A stretch of 64,000 nt of DNA, from assembly GCA_045047305.1 (NCBI GenBank), contig JASFYO010000036.1, positions 44,158-108,157 on the forward strand. The letters run 5' to 3'. This stretch comes from Planctomycetota bacterium. GTDB lineage: Bacteria > Planctomycetota > UBA1135. The position numbers and the translations under genes are program-made. This document shows positions 1 through 9,334 of this stretch, piece after piece. A model generated the notes under the pieces. It did no database searches and was not told where the DNA came from. It was given only the letters and a program-made list of their open reading frames with translations. How positions within the stretch are numbered: position 1 is the first letter of the stretch; the number at the start of each line of letters is the position of its first letter.

Positions 1-1388
1 TTAAAGATTTAGTGCACTATGATGTCCACACGATTTCAGAAGAACTTGCACTTCGTGGCTACGACACCGCGACGGTAGCGGAAAAATCTTGGCTAACCTT
101 TAACTCCGGCTTGTCTCAAGGCTTCGAAAAGTTTTATGACTACTCGTTGCCAAACCTTGAAGAGCGCTTCTTCCTCCATCGTTTCTGGACCCGCTACCGC
201 AACAAGTTTGGTTCTCGGGTCACGCCTCCAGTCGACAAAGGAGGCGCGCGAATCGTGGAGACTGCGTTAGATTGGATCGGCGGAAATCGCAGCCGTGATC
301 AAGACCGCCCGTTCTTCCTGTTCATGAACCTGAACGAGGCGCATGATCCATATCAACCACCAGAAGAATTCTGGGGCCATTTCTTGCCCGAAGGCATTTC
401 GATTGCCGACAGTCATGAACTCGATGCGCGCAACAATACCCAGGGTCAACATGAAATTATTCTTGGGGATTGGGACATCAATGATCGAGACATGGAAATC
501 TTCAAGTCGCTTTACGATGACGAGATCCTCTACCAAGATGGCTTGCTCGGACGCCTACTCGATGGCATCGAAGAGCTCGGGCTTATGGAAGACACGCTCA
601 TCGTGATTACGGCAGATCATGGAGAGGAATTCGGCGAGCTCGATCACCGCGTAGGGCACCAGTTAGCTTTGGCCGACACCTTGCTGCATGTACCACTCAT
701 CATGCGCTACCCAAGTCAGTTACCCGCTGGCCGCCGTGTCGAGTCCCTGGCATCCACCATCGACATTTACCCGACCATCTTAGATGTAATCGAAAACGCA
801 CATGGGCAAGGCCCTCCTGCGCCAACCGTGGAGCTCCTTTCCATCGAAGGAGTCAGTCAACTGCCAGCGATGCAAGACGGCATTCCGGTGCGGGACATAG
901 TGATGGCGCACTACTTCAACCCGACTTCGTACCTCACCGGATTCGATGAATGGAATACCGATTACCCAGACGGAGGCTTGAGGGAGGAAGTCTCCCGCAC
1001 TATGCGCTCCATCGATGTTCTACGCAGCGCCGATCACAAACTCTATATCTTTGGTGATGGGCAACGCGCTTTCATCAATTTAGCCGACGACCCACAGGAA
1101 CTCGGCAGTATTGCGCAGACCATCCCTGAAAATATGGAAGAGCGCGCAGCCTTCTTTGAAGAACGCTTCTGGCGCCAGCTTGCCTCGTACGAAAGCGCAC
1201 GGGAGATTCTAGTTGGTCAGCTTTCTTGGCACCGTCGCAACGTGAAGTGGCACAATGCGAAAGTGAACATAGATGCGAGCAACGTCACGTCGCTGGAGCA
1301 AACGGGATACGTAGGATCGACCGATAGCGACGGCACCGAAGCCAAGGAGCCGCTTACTCTGCCGCCGGTTCTGGATCTACCGAAATAG
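1..1388 (+). CDS. Sulfatase family protein, 5'-truncated by the window edge
   Basis: The frame is open to the window start. Motifs: RPFFLFMNLNEAHDPY, YDDEILYQDGLLG, DTLIVITADHGEEFGE, LHVPLIMRYP, STIDIYPTIL. The CxPxR motif would lie upstream, outside the window. Confidence 0.85.
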   Translation, partial: KDLVHYDVHTISEELALRGYDTATVAEKSWLTFNSGLSQGFEKFYDYSLPNLEERFFLHRFWTRYRNKFGSRVTPPVDKGGARIVETALDWIGGNRSRDQDRPFFLFMNLNEAHDPYQPPEEFWGHFLPEGISIADSHELDARNNTQGQHEIILGDWDINDRDMEIFKSLYDDEILYQDGLLGRLLDGIEELGLMEDTLIVITADHGEEFGELDHRVGHQLALADTLLHVPLIMRYPSQLPAGRRVESLASTIDIYPTILDVIENAHGQGPPAPTVELLSIEGVSQLPAMQDGIPVRDIVMAHYFNPTSYLTGFDEWNTDYPDGGLREEVSRTMRSIDVLRSADHKLYIFGDGQRAFINLADDPQELGSIAQTIPENMEERAAFFEERFWRQLASYESAREILVGQLSWHRRNVKWHNAKVNIDASNVTSLEQTGYVGSTDSDGTEAKEPLTLPPVLDLPK

Positions 1389-3246
1389 CTTCCAGCACCC
1401 CGTACTGCTCCGCCCACGGACGCAAATCCCAAACCTCGGTACCTAAGTTGCCGAGGTTTTTGCTTGGCTCACCAAACATCTTTTCGATGATGGCACGACC
1501 TTGAGTCGACTGTTCCACCAAGTTATCCATGAACTGTTTGACGCCAAACAAGCGCATTTTTTCACCATTCTTGACCGCAGGGTTAAAGCGGAATGGCATC
1601 AATGCCACCATCAGCTTCTGTTGCGCTGTTTCAGCTGGCTGCGGCGCACGGGAAGGAGCACGGAAGTCTGGCCTGCGGTGAAACACCACGAAGCGCACAT
1701 CCTTATCCACCACCAGCTCGCGACGCCAAGCCTCTAACTCGCCGTCGCTAAGAATTTCTAAATCAACCGGCAGGAACTGCGGCAGCCCGAGGATGTCGGT
1801 ATCGACTTCCGCTGGATGCAAAGCGCGCATCAAATCAGTCTGCAGTCCATCCAAAGCACTCGGCAAAATGTGAGAGGTATAGCCCGCCAGCAAACGCTTC
1901 TGGTGAGAAGTTTGCAGCCACATGGTGTAGGCATCGCGGTAATCAATCGGCATTTCGAGAACGGCGTAATCCATTGGATCTTCTGCCATCACCTCGTAGA
2001 CCTTCGCCTGGCGCATGGCGATCGGTTTAGGTTTGGGCAGCTGCAACTCAAAGGCCATCAACACGATGAGCAAAAAGGTGGCTACGGCTCCGCGTTGAAT
2101 CTGGATTTCTCGCAGGCCATAGGCAATCACACCAGTGATGCCCAGAATAAGCAAAATCAAGAAACGATGCGGCACGCGAATCATGTTCAGCACTGGAAGG
2201 TGAGGAAATAGCGCCATCGGCATCGGAATGTTTTCCATCGCCCGATTCATCACCACCAAATGTGGGCCTTGCACCAGCAAAAATCCAAGCAAGAGTAGGC
2301 ACCAAAAACTGCCAACACCCTTAGTCCGCACCCGCCATGCAGTAAATAACAGGATGAGCATAGTGGACCACCCTAAAATGACCGGCCAAAACAGATGCCC
2401 GCCCAATCCATTTGGCGACATCCCGGTTAACTGCATTTCGCCGACATAGCGGATTGGATCCTCCAACTCGCCTCCTCCACCGGCTTCACCCATTTGATCC
2501 ATCAACGGGCGCACGCCCGGAAGCATCAGCGCGGCGGCAATCCCACCCATCACTAGCAGCTGCAACCAGAACTTGGTGTCGGCGAAACGTTTATCACGCA
2601 GCATCTTCACCAGCAACAACGCGCCGCCGGCCATGGCGCAGAAAATTGGTTGATACCAATCGGTATAGCCGGAAAGGGCCAACATCGTTGCGGTAAAAAT
2701 CACCGCCTTCCACGAACGGTGATCGTACATCCACAACAGCCCAAGCAACACCAATGCCATCCATTGGAACTGCACGTTGTTTAACTGCGTAATCATCGCA
2801 GTGTGATATGGATTGAAGGTAAAAAACACCCCCGCGCCAAAGGCTGCAAGCGGAGCACCCGTGAGGTAACGCGCTAAAGCCCATCCACCAAGCCCGCTGA
2901 ACAGGAAGGCGGAGAGGAATAAGACGGTATGCGCTGTTCCAACCGTCAAGCCCAAGCTTTGCTGCAAAACAGCCGCGGGTATCGAGTTGGTGAAGGAGAT
3001 GGTGTGGAACGCCAGCGAGGTGCCCGTAGGAGAGAACAAGCGGTCCGTTTGGTAATAGGCTTGTCCTGCTTCTTGTGCGTGGTCCACCCACCACAGATTC
3101 CAACTGTTCTGGAAGAAGTCGCGACCGACCGACCATACCTGATCAGGATCCACCACCATGGGCCAAAAATAAATAGCCGTCAGCCCTGCGAAACCAACCA
3201 ACACCAGGAAGATTTCGCTAGCGGTGAGTTTCTGTCCTTCGTTCAT
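1354..3246 (-). CDS. Polytopic membrane protein, GT-C/YfhO-like putative glycosyltransferase
   Basis: Many hydrophobic segments, N-terminal loop DFFQNSWNLWWV, IRVPHRF motif, and a soluble C-terminal domain (VLEMP...WLQTSHQKRLLAGY). Confidence 0.55.
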   Translation of the reverse strand: MNEGQKLTASEIFLVLVGFAGLTAIYFWPMVVDPDQVWSVGRDFFQNSWNLWWVDHAQEAGQAYYQTDRLFSPTGTSLAFHTISFTNSIPAAVLQQSLGLTVGTAHTVLFLSAFLFSGLGGWALARYLTGAPLAAFGAGVFFTFNPYHTAMITQLNNVQFQWMALVLLGLLWMYDHRSWKAVIFTATMLALSGYTDWYQPIFCAMAGGALLLVKMLRDKRFADTKFWLQLLVMGGIAAALMLPGVRPLMDQMGEAGGGGELEDPIRYVGEMQLTGMSPNGLGGHLFWPVILGWSTMLILLFTAWRVRTKGVGSFWCLLLLGFLLVQGPHLVVMNRAMENIPMPMALFPHLPVLNMIRVPHRFLILLILGITGVIAYGLREIQIQRGAVATFLLIVLMAFELQLPKPKPIAMRQAKVYEVMAEDPMDYAVLEMPIDYRDAYTMWLQTSHQKRLLAGYTSHILPSALDGLQTDLMRALHPAEVDTDILGLPQFLPVDLEILSDGELEAWRRELVVDKDVRFVVFHRRPDFRAPSRAPQPAETAQQKLMVALMPFRFNPAVKNGEKMRLFGVKQFMDNLVEQSTQGRAIIEKMFGEPSKNLGNLGTEVWDLRPWAEQYGVLEAISVDPEPAAE

Positions 3247-3641
3247 GCCAGCAGTGCAGCGCCTAAGAGGTAAACCGCATGCGCAGCGCCAAGCACCGTG
3301 AGGTCATAAGGTTTCCACTGCCAACTTCGGCGCTTTCTGCGCATCACCCAAGCAATGCTTGCTGCTTCTATGTTCCAAAACCATAACCAAGCCGCCACAA
3401 GCGCCACAACCCAGCCTAAGGTGTTGCCATCTAACTGAGAATCACTGAGACCCAAAGCACCGGATGCATAAAGCACATAGCCTCCGCCTAGGCTGACCAC
3501 CCGCGCCAGCAATAAAAGTTTCACCGTAGGGCGGAAGCTACGCCCTATCGTGAACCAGATGACCCACCAATGCAGGAAAAGGACAATCGGGACCAGGATG
3601 GGATGAAGGCAGGCGTGGAACAGTTCCGCTAACGGGCTCAC
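3243..3641 (-). CDS. Hypothetical membrane protein (about 4 TM)
   Basis: Hydrophobic ORF with 4-nt overlaps to both neighbours. GTG start at 3641 chosen. Confidence 0.6.
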   Translation of the reverse strand: MSPLAELFHACLHPILVPIVLFLHWWVIWFTIGRSFRPTVKLLLLARVVSLGGGYVLYASGALGLSDSQLDGNTLGWVVALVAAWLWFWNIEAASIAWVMRRKRRSWQWKPYDLTVLGAAHAVYLLGAALLA

Positions 3642-3946
3642 GCCAAGGCCTCCTGGCAACGCGAGCGTAATTCCTCGATAGTGAAGAGTCCGGTATCGTG
3701 GCCGTCATCGAACAGCACGCGATAAGCGTAGCGGCCGACGGGTTGCATATCCTTTAATCCAATGTCTTCCGGAACCTTTTCCGGATCCACTTGGCGCGCT
3801 CCGGTGATTTCATTCACGCAAAAAGCACAAGGGCAACTAATGCGTAACTCGCGAATGCCTAAGGCACTCACGAGTCCGTCCGACCAGGTAAACCTTAATT
3901 GGTCACCTTCCCGCTTTAGGCCGGTAAGCCGGGAGTCCATCGCCAA
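3638..3946 (-). CDS. DUF971 / GBBH-like N-terminal domain protein
   Basis: Motifs WSDG, LRISCPCAFC, PVGRYAYRVLFDDGHDTGLF. Confidence 0.85.
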   Translation of the reverse strand: MAMDSRLTGLKREGDQLRFTWSDGLVSALGIRELRISCPCAFCVNEITGARQVDPEKVPEDIGLKDMQPVGRYAYRVLFDDGHDTGLFTIEELRSRCQEALA

Positions 3947-3961
3947 GCTCGACCTTCGAGG

Positions 3962-4705
3962 TCAGGCTTCCATCTCCCGATCTTCTTGCGGCGATTTATC
4001 GTAACGCGCACGCACATTTTGCCGACCCATGTCGCGCAAGCGCAGGGAAGACTTACGCAGCCCAAGATCATGCGCTTTGGAGACTACGCTTTTCACCGTT
4101 CGGTTTAAGTGATCGGCAATCGAAAGATTATCTTGTTCCGGGTAAAGTCGCCGAAGCTCCTCCACCTCCTCCGGACGCCAACGTGGCATCTTGACTGGAG
4201 GTCCAGAGCCAGCGCGGCGCTGGTAGCCCTTGTCTTTCGCTAGACAAAGTTCCTTCGCCTTTTCTTCGATTCGATCCGCAGGGCGGCCAAGGATTAACGA
4301 AACGTCTTCAGTGGCGCGGGTGCCATAAAAACGCTTCAGGAGTTGCAGGTCAGCCGATGTCCAAGCGCGCTGTTGCACTTCGCCGCGAAGCTGGTGCACC
4401 TTGCGTTCAATCTCTCCGACAGGTCGGCGCAGAATGCGGGCGATGACATCGAAATCCGTAGCGCCAAGATAGCCTTTCAGCTTGCGCACTTCCTTCGCTG
4501 TCCACGGGCCCATTTGGGCCTCGCCTTCAAAAACTTTGCCAATCATGCGGCGGACACTCTGCACTGTGCGGTTCAATTCCTGCGCAATCTGAACTTCTGT
4601 TTTGAAGCCATACATGCGTCGCAACCTTTCAATTTCCGGATAGGACCATCGTCCTTTCCGGCGACCTTGAGGGTTTGGGGAGTTCATTCCGTCAGATGCG
4701 GTCAT
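3962..4705 (-). CDS. Protein of four tandem Myb/SANT-like HTH repeats, putative DNA-binding
   Basis: Four units: RWSYPEIERLRRMY, PWTAKEVRKLKGYL, AWTSADLQLLKRFY, RWRPEEVEELRRLY. Each is followed by (I/V)(A/S)xxLxR(T/P). Confidence 0.7.
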   Translation of the reverse strand: MTASDGMNSPNPQGRRKGRWSYPEIERLRRMYGFKTEVQIAQELNRTVQSVRRMIGKVFEGEAQMGPWTAKEVRKLKGYLGATDFDVIARILRRPVGEIERKVHQLRGEVQQRAWTSADLQLLKRFYGTRATEDVSLILGRPADRIEEKAKELCLAKDKGYQRRAGSGPPVKMPRWRPEEVEELRRLYPEQDNLSIADHLNRTVKSVVSKAHDLGLRKSSLRLRDMGRQNVRARYDKSPQEDREMEA

Positions 4706-4747
4706 CGCAGTTGATTCTCGCTCGGGTTCCAGGGAGCGGGGTGGGGT

Positions 4748-4764
4748 GTGGAGTCAAACTCCAC
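4748..4764. promoter_or_regulatory. Perfect inverted repeat GTGGAGT-caa-ACTCCAC upstream of the Myb-repeat gene
   Basis: 7-bp arms read directly. On the minus strand it lies just downstream of a TTGCAC-N18-GATACT promoter-like sequence. Confidence 0.35.
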
Positions 4765-4815
4765 GTGTGTTCCAGTATCAGACAATTCATGGCCTCCGTG
4801 CAATGAAAAATCGTG

Positions 4816-6570
4816 CTAAGTCTTGTGGGAACCTACGCTTTCGACAACTTTCTGCCATGCCTGCGAGGTCAAATCATCCAAAATGCCTAAAGCATCCTTA
4901 GATGTACTCGCACGCGCAGCCTGTCGCGCAGTTTCCCGTAAAGACTCAATATCGACCTCTCGCAGCAAGGCTTTAATTTCTGGGACAAAAAGTGGGGACA
5001 TGGAGAGGCCTCCAAAGCCCACTCCTGCGAGGAAAAACGCTCCTGCGGGCTGTCCGGCCATCTCGCCACAAACCGAGGCTGGGACGCCAGCTTCTTGGCA
5101 AACCCTTGCGATGTAACGCAAGACGCGCAAATTCGCCGGATGATAGGGTTGATACAAATCGGAGACCCAAGGATTATCGCGGTCAACCGCAAACAAGTAT
5201 TGAGTGAGGTCATTGGTGCCTACGGAAATGAAATCCACCTCCTTCACCAGGTCCGGCAAGGCCATGGCGGCGGCAGGAACTTCAATCATCACCCCAAAAC
5301 GCACGCCCAGGTCTTCCGTACCGGCGATCGCGTAGAGCAAATCCTTCGCTTGGCGCACCTCCTCCACCGTGGTCACCATGGGCAACATAATGTTGACGCC
5401 ACCATGCCCCCGGCATTCGCGCAATGCCTGCAGTTGCATCAGAAATAAATCTTGCCATTTCAAGCTCAAACGCAATCCGCGCCAACCCAATGCAGGGTTC
5501 GCTTCTTCCGGAGTGCTGAAGTAGCGAAGCGGCTTGTCTCCACCGATGTCCAGAGTGCGAAAGGTGACGGTTTTGCCAGGAAAGCAGTTTAGCACCGAAC
5601 TGTAGATTTCTTTCTGCTCCTCCACCGATGGGAAGGATGGGCGTTCCATATAAGCAAACTCAGTACGAAACAATCCAACTCCGCTAACCGTTTCCAAATC
5701 GAACATGTCCAAATCACGTGGCGACTCAATGTTCACCAAGATTTTGACTTCGGTGCCATCCGCGGTGTGTCCGGCTTCTTTTGCGGCATCGGCCAAGACA
5801 TCGCGTACGTGCGAGAGTTCCGAGGAGCGGGTGAGTGCAGCTTCTTGCTCTTCGGTGGTTGCGCCGAGAATGACCGTAGCGCTATCACCGTAAACCACAC
5901 AAGGTTGGCCAGAACGTGCCCGTTCATCGACTCCTTCCATACCGGTCACGGTTGGAATGCCATAACTACGCGCGATCACTGCGCCGTGGCTGTAACGTCC
6001 TCCACGCGAACAAATGATGGCGGCGATTTTTTCGCGCGGATAGCTCACCACCAAAGTTGGGGTCAGCTCTTCCGCAACCAATACCAAACTTCCAGAGCCA
6101 ACACTACGCGCCGCCTCAACATCGCTTTCGCTGAGTTGCTCGAGCACGGAATTCCATGGATCGCGCAAGTCGGCGGCCCAGGATTTCATGTCGCCACCTT
6201 CTAAGCTATCAAACAACTTGCCGAACTTATCCAGCAGGGCTTGAATGGCTGATTCTGGTGCCATCAGCTCGTCCATCACCCAGCGACGCAAATCCTTAAC
6301 CGCTTCCGGGTCCATCAACACTGCAGCTTGGGCGGCGTAAATGGCAGCATCTTGCAGACCAAGTTCTTTCGCCGTGGCTGCTTGGATTTCCTCAAGCTTC
6401 TTAAGCGCAGCCGTTCGCGCATCCGTAAGGATTTTCCACGACGGCTCGGCATCGTGCGCATCGATGCGACGCAAGGGAATGCGCCTTTTGGTGTGAGTTA
6501 GGGCTACGAACACGGAGCCAACCCCCACACCAGGTGCGATGTACGTTCCGTTTAGCTCGATGCGTTCCAA
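4816..6570 (-). CDS. ptsI: Phosphoenolpyruvate-protein phosphotransferase (PTS enzyme I)
   Basis: GGRYSHGAVIARSYGIP (phospho-His), GVGLFRTEF, FRTLDIGGDK, MIEVP, DFISVGTNDLTQY, CGEMAG. No GAF domain. Confidence 0.93.
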   Translation of the reverse strand: MERIELNGTYIAPGVGVGSVFVALTHTKRRIPLRRIDAHDAEPSWKILTDARTAALKKLEEIQAATAKELGLQDAAIYAAQAAVLMDPEAVKDLRRWVMDELMAPESAIQALLDKFGKLFDSLEGGDMKSWAADLRDPWNSVLEQLSESDVEAARSVGSGSLVLVAEELTPTLVVSYPREKIAAIICSRGGRYSHGAVIARSYGIPTVTGMEGVDERARSGQPCVVYGDSATVILGATTEEQEAALTRSSELSHVRDVLADAAKEAGHTADGTEVKILVNIESPRDLDMFDLETVSGVGLFRTEFAYMERPSFPSVEEQKEIYSSVLNCFPGKTVTFRTLDIGGDKPLRYFSTPEEANPALGWRGLRLSLKWQDLFLMQLQALRECRGHGGVNIMLPMVTTVEEVRQAKDLLYAIAGTEDLGVRFGVMIEVPAAAMALPDLVKEVDFISVGTNDLTQYLFAVDRDNPWVSDLYQPYHPANLRVLRYIARVCQEAGVPASVCGEMAGQPAGAFFLAGVGFGGLSMSPLFVPEIKALLREVDIESLRETARQAARASTSKDALGILDDLTSQAWQKVVESVGSHKT

Positions 6571-6578
6571 AGCTTACC

Positions 6579-8045
6579 TCAACTGCTCACGACCGCAGCT
6601 TGCGGACGCGTCCAAGAATCCATCTTGTTTTGCATGACCGAGATGAGTTGATCGACTGCCACGCGTTCCTGCGCCATCGAATCCCGCTCACGCAGAGTGA
6701 CGGTTCCATCAGTCAATGATTCACCATCGATGGTGATACAAAAAGGCGTACCAATCTCATCCTGACGGCGATAACGGCGTCCAATCGATTGATTCTCCTC
6801 GATGGCAGTGCGGAACTGCTTGCGCAACATGGCTTCGACTTCGGCTGCCTTCTCCGGCATGCCATCCTTTTTCACCAAAGGAAAAACCGCAACCGTGACT
6901 GGTGCGATTTTCGGGTGAAAGCGTAATACCACACGCTGCTCTTTGCCTTCTCCTTCTTCATCGTATGCATCGACGAGGAAAGTCATGGCCGTACGATCGC
7001 AACCGGCAGCAGGCTCAATCACGTAAGGCGAAATGTGCTCGTTCTCTTGATTGTCAAACCAAGTTAAGGAAGTACCGCTCGCTTCCGAGTGCTTCTTCAA
7101 ATCATAGTCAGTGCGATTCGCAATGCCCTCCAACTCGGACCAGCCGAATGGAAAGAGGTATTCCACATCGCCACAGCCGGCGGCATAGTGCGCCAACTCA
7201 TCTTGCTCATGCTCACGCATGCGTAACTTTTCTGGATTCACGCCAAGATCCAAGTACCACTGAAAACGTTCCTTCTGCCAATATTCATACCACTTTGGCG
7301 CTTCTTCCGGACGGCAGAAAAATTCCATCTCCATTTGCTCAAACTCACGCGTGCGAAACACAAAATTGCCCGGGGTGATTTCGTTGCGGAAACTTTTACC
7401 AATCTGCGCGATGCCGAAGGGCAGTTTCTTGCGCGTGGAAGTGACCACGTTATTGAAGTTAATGAAAATGCCTTGGGCCGTTTCCGGGCGCAGATACGCC
7501 ACCGAAGCACTGTCCTGCAACGCACCAACGTGGGTTTCAAACATCAAGTTGAACTGGCGGACATCGGTCCAATCGTCGGTGCCGGAAACCGGACACTTGA
7601 TTTTCTCATCCATGATGAGCTGACGCAGGCCTTCATTGTCGGAGATGACGGCATTCAACTTGGCGGTCAAGGCCTCCACGCGATCCATCTTGCCCTTCTT
7701 GCGATACTTCTCGATCTTTTTTTCGACCAAATGATCCGCACGATAACGGGCCTTAGAGGTTTTGTTATCAATCAGAGGGTCCGAAAAACCGCCGACGTGG
7801 CCGGAAGCGCGCCAAACATCGGGCGATTGAATGATGGCAGAGTCCAAGCCAACAACATCCTGGCGTGAGTAGACCATGGCTTCCCACCAAGCATCTTTCA
7901 CGCGGCGTTTCAGCTCCACGCCCAGCGGGCCCCAATCGTACGTAGCCCCTTGTCCACCATAGATTTCCGACGCTGGGAATACGAATCCCCTGCGCTTGCA
8001 CAGGGAGACAATCTTGTCCATCACATTGGGAGCGGGCTTAGCCAT
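6579..8045 (-). CDS. glyQS: Glycine--tRNA ligase, homodimeric (eukaryote/archaea-like) type
   Basis: KRRGFVFPASEIYGG, YLRPETAQGIF, IGKSFRNEITPGNFVFRTREFEQME, ELEGIANRTDYDL, SIGRRYRRQDEIGTP. Confidence 0.97.
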   Translation of the reverse strand: MAKPAPNVMDKIVSLCKRRGFVFPASEIYGGQGATYDWGPLGVELKRRVKDAWWEAMVYSRQDVVGLDSAIIQSPDVWRASGHVGGFSDPLIDNKTSKARYRADHLVEKKIEKYRKKGKMDRVEALTAKLNAVISDNEGLRQLIMDEKIKCPVSGTDDWTDVRQFNLMFETHVGALQDSASVAYLRPETAQGIFINFNNVVTSTRKKLPFGIAQIGKSFRNEITPGNFVFRTREFEQMEMEFFCRPEEAPKWYEYWQKERFQWYLDLGVNPEKLRMREHEQDELAHYAAGCGDVEYLFPFGWSELEGIANRTDYDLKKHSEASGTSLTWFDNQENEHISPYVIEPAAGCDRTAMTFLVDAYDEEGEGKEQRVVLRFHPKIAPVTVAVFPLVKKDGMPEKAAEVEAMLRKQFRTAIEENQSIGRRYRRQDEIGTPFCITIDGESLTDGTVTLRERDSMAQERVAVDQLISVMQNKMDSWTRPQAAVVSS

Positions 8046-8457
8046 GACCGCGTGATTCTAACTGCTCCCGCAAGTCAGCAATCACACCGTCGCGGTCGTT
8101 CTCAATCCGCTGTTTTAGCTCCACGGGCACTCCAGTCTCTGGATCGTGCTTAGCCCCCCATTGTGCGAGATCAATGAGAATTGGCACTAGGTCGAGGCCC
8201 TTCCTGGTGAGCGAATAAATTTTGCGGCGGCCATCCTCAGGGTCGGCAGCACAGGCGACGATGCCTTGCTCCGTCAAACATTGCAAGCGATCGCTCAGCA
8301 CATTGGTAGCAATGCCCTCACCGGAGTTTTCGAACTCTGAAAAGCGTTGCGAGCCAAACATGACCATGTCGCGGACCACTAGCATCGTCCAGCGGTCGCC
8401 GAGCAAATCGAGGCAAAACGAAATGGGACATGCGGAGCGACGATCCTGCAGCGGCAT
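8038..8457 (-). CDS. HxlR-family winged-helix regulator with an N-terminal redox Cys
   Basis: RSACPISFCLDLLGDRWTMLVVRD, IATNVLSDRL, YSLTRKGLDLVP. Divergent from a GST gene. Confidence 0.9.
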   Translation of the reverse strand: MPLQDRRSACPISFCLDLLGDRWTMLVVRDMVMFGSQRFSEFENSGEGIATNVLSDRLQCLTEQGIVACAADPEDGRRKIYSLTRKGLDLVPILIDLAQWGAKHDPETGVPVELKQRIENDRDGVIADLREQLESRGHG

Positions 8458-8479
8458 TTCATGATTCTACCAGATTTTA

Positions 8480-8523
8480 GCTTGCACATCGCAAGCGTTT
8501 ATTATAGCTTTCATATCGCAAGT
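8480..8523. promoter_or_regulatory. Two tandem palindromic operator-like sites between hxlR and gst
   Basis: GCTTGC-acatc-GCAAGC (8480-8496, perfect) and GCTTtC-atatc-GCAAGt (8507-8523). Confidence 0.65.
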
Positions 8524-8551
8524 GATAATCCCTGCCCTCTGGGCCACCAAA

Positions 8552-9187
8552 ATGACACAGCTCAAGCTTTACACTCTTCCCCTTTCACCCTTCAATACCA
8601 AGGTCCGGTTGGCGCTGAAACTCAAAGGCCTGACCTACGAAGAGGTCAAATTCTCCGGCTTTGATGACCGTGACCCAGTCGTGGAGGTCTCCGGTCAGCC
8701 ACTGACTCCCGTACTCGTCGACGGCGACAAAGCCATCTACGATTCTTTCGGAATCCTGCGCTACCTCGATGCCAACTTCCCTGGCCCGCGACTCTTTTCC
8801 TCCAACCGGGAGACCATGCAAAGGATTCAAGAGTGGGAACGCTTTGGTGCAGAGCTTGGCGGCATTATTAGCATGGTTTTAACTCAGGCTTTCAACGACA
8901 AAATCGACGACCAAGCCACCGCACAGGCACAAGCCTTGCTTGATACTGTCCCGCAAGCTCTCGAAGATGCGCTTGCCGATTCAGATTACCTGATGGGCGA
9001 CGTCATCACCGCTGCCGACTTAACCGTGGTGCCCTTTCTTCGCTTTCCAATTTGGGATGCGGATGACGTGGATTTTCCGCTGGCTAAGTTTGTTGCCGAA
9101 CGCTTGACCCTCAGCGCAAAGTTCTCCAGAGTTCATGCCTGGGTTGCACGGGTAATGGAATTGGATCGCGAAGTGGTTGCGAACTAG
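8552..9187 (+). CDS. Glutathione S-transferase family protein
   Basis: LYTLPLSPFNTKVRLAL, SGQPLTPVLVDG, DSFGILRYLD, YLMGDVITAADL. ATG at 8552. Confidence 0.9.
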   Translation: MTQLKLYTLPLSPFNTKVRLALKLKGLTYEEVKFSGFDDRDPVVEVSGQPLTPVLVDGDKAIYDSFGILRYLDANFPGPRLFSSNRETMQRIQEWERFGAELGGIISMVLTQAFNDKIDDQATAQAQALLDTVPQALEDALADSDYLMGDVITAADLTVVPFLRFPIWDADDVDFPLAKFVAERLTLSAKFSRVHAWVARVMELDREVVAN

Positions 9188-9203
9188 AAGGCTTCACATA
9201 TAC

Positions 9204-9242
9204 AACAGCCCGGCCTACCGGAATGGTGGACCGGGCTGTTTT
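9204..9242 (+). terminator. Stem-loop after the GST gene, probable intrinsic terminator
   Basis: AACAGCCCGG...CCGGGCTGTT followed by TT. Confidence 0.6.
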
Positions 9243-9334
9243 CAAGCATTTGCTTTTACTGATACACATAAATGGCTCATGAATCGACGCGTATTTTCGC
9301 TGCCCACCATCCCCCCTCATTACGCGATTAGCGA

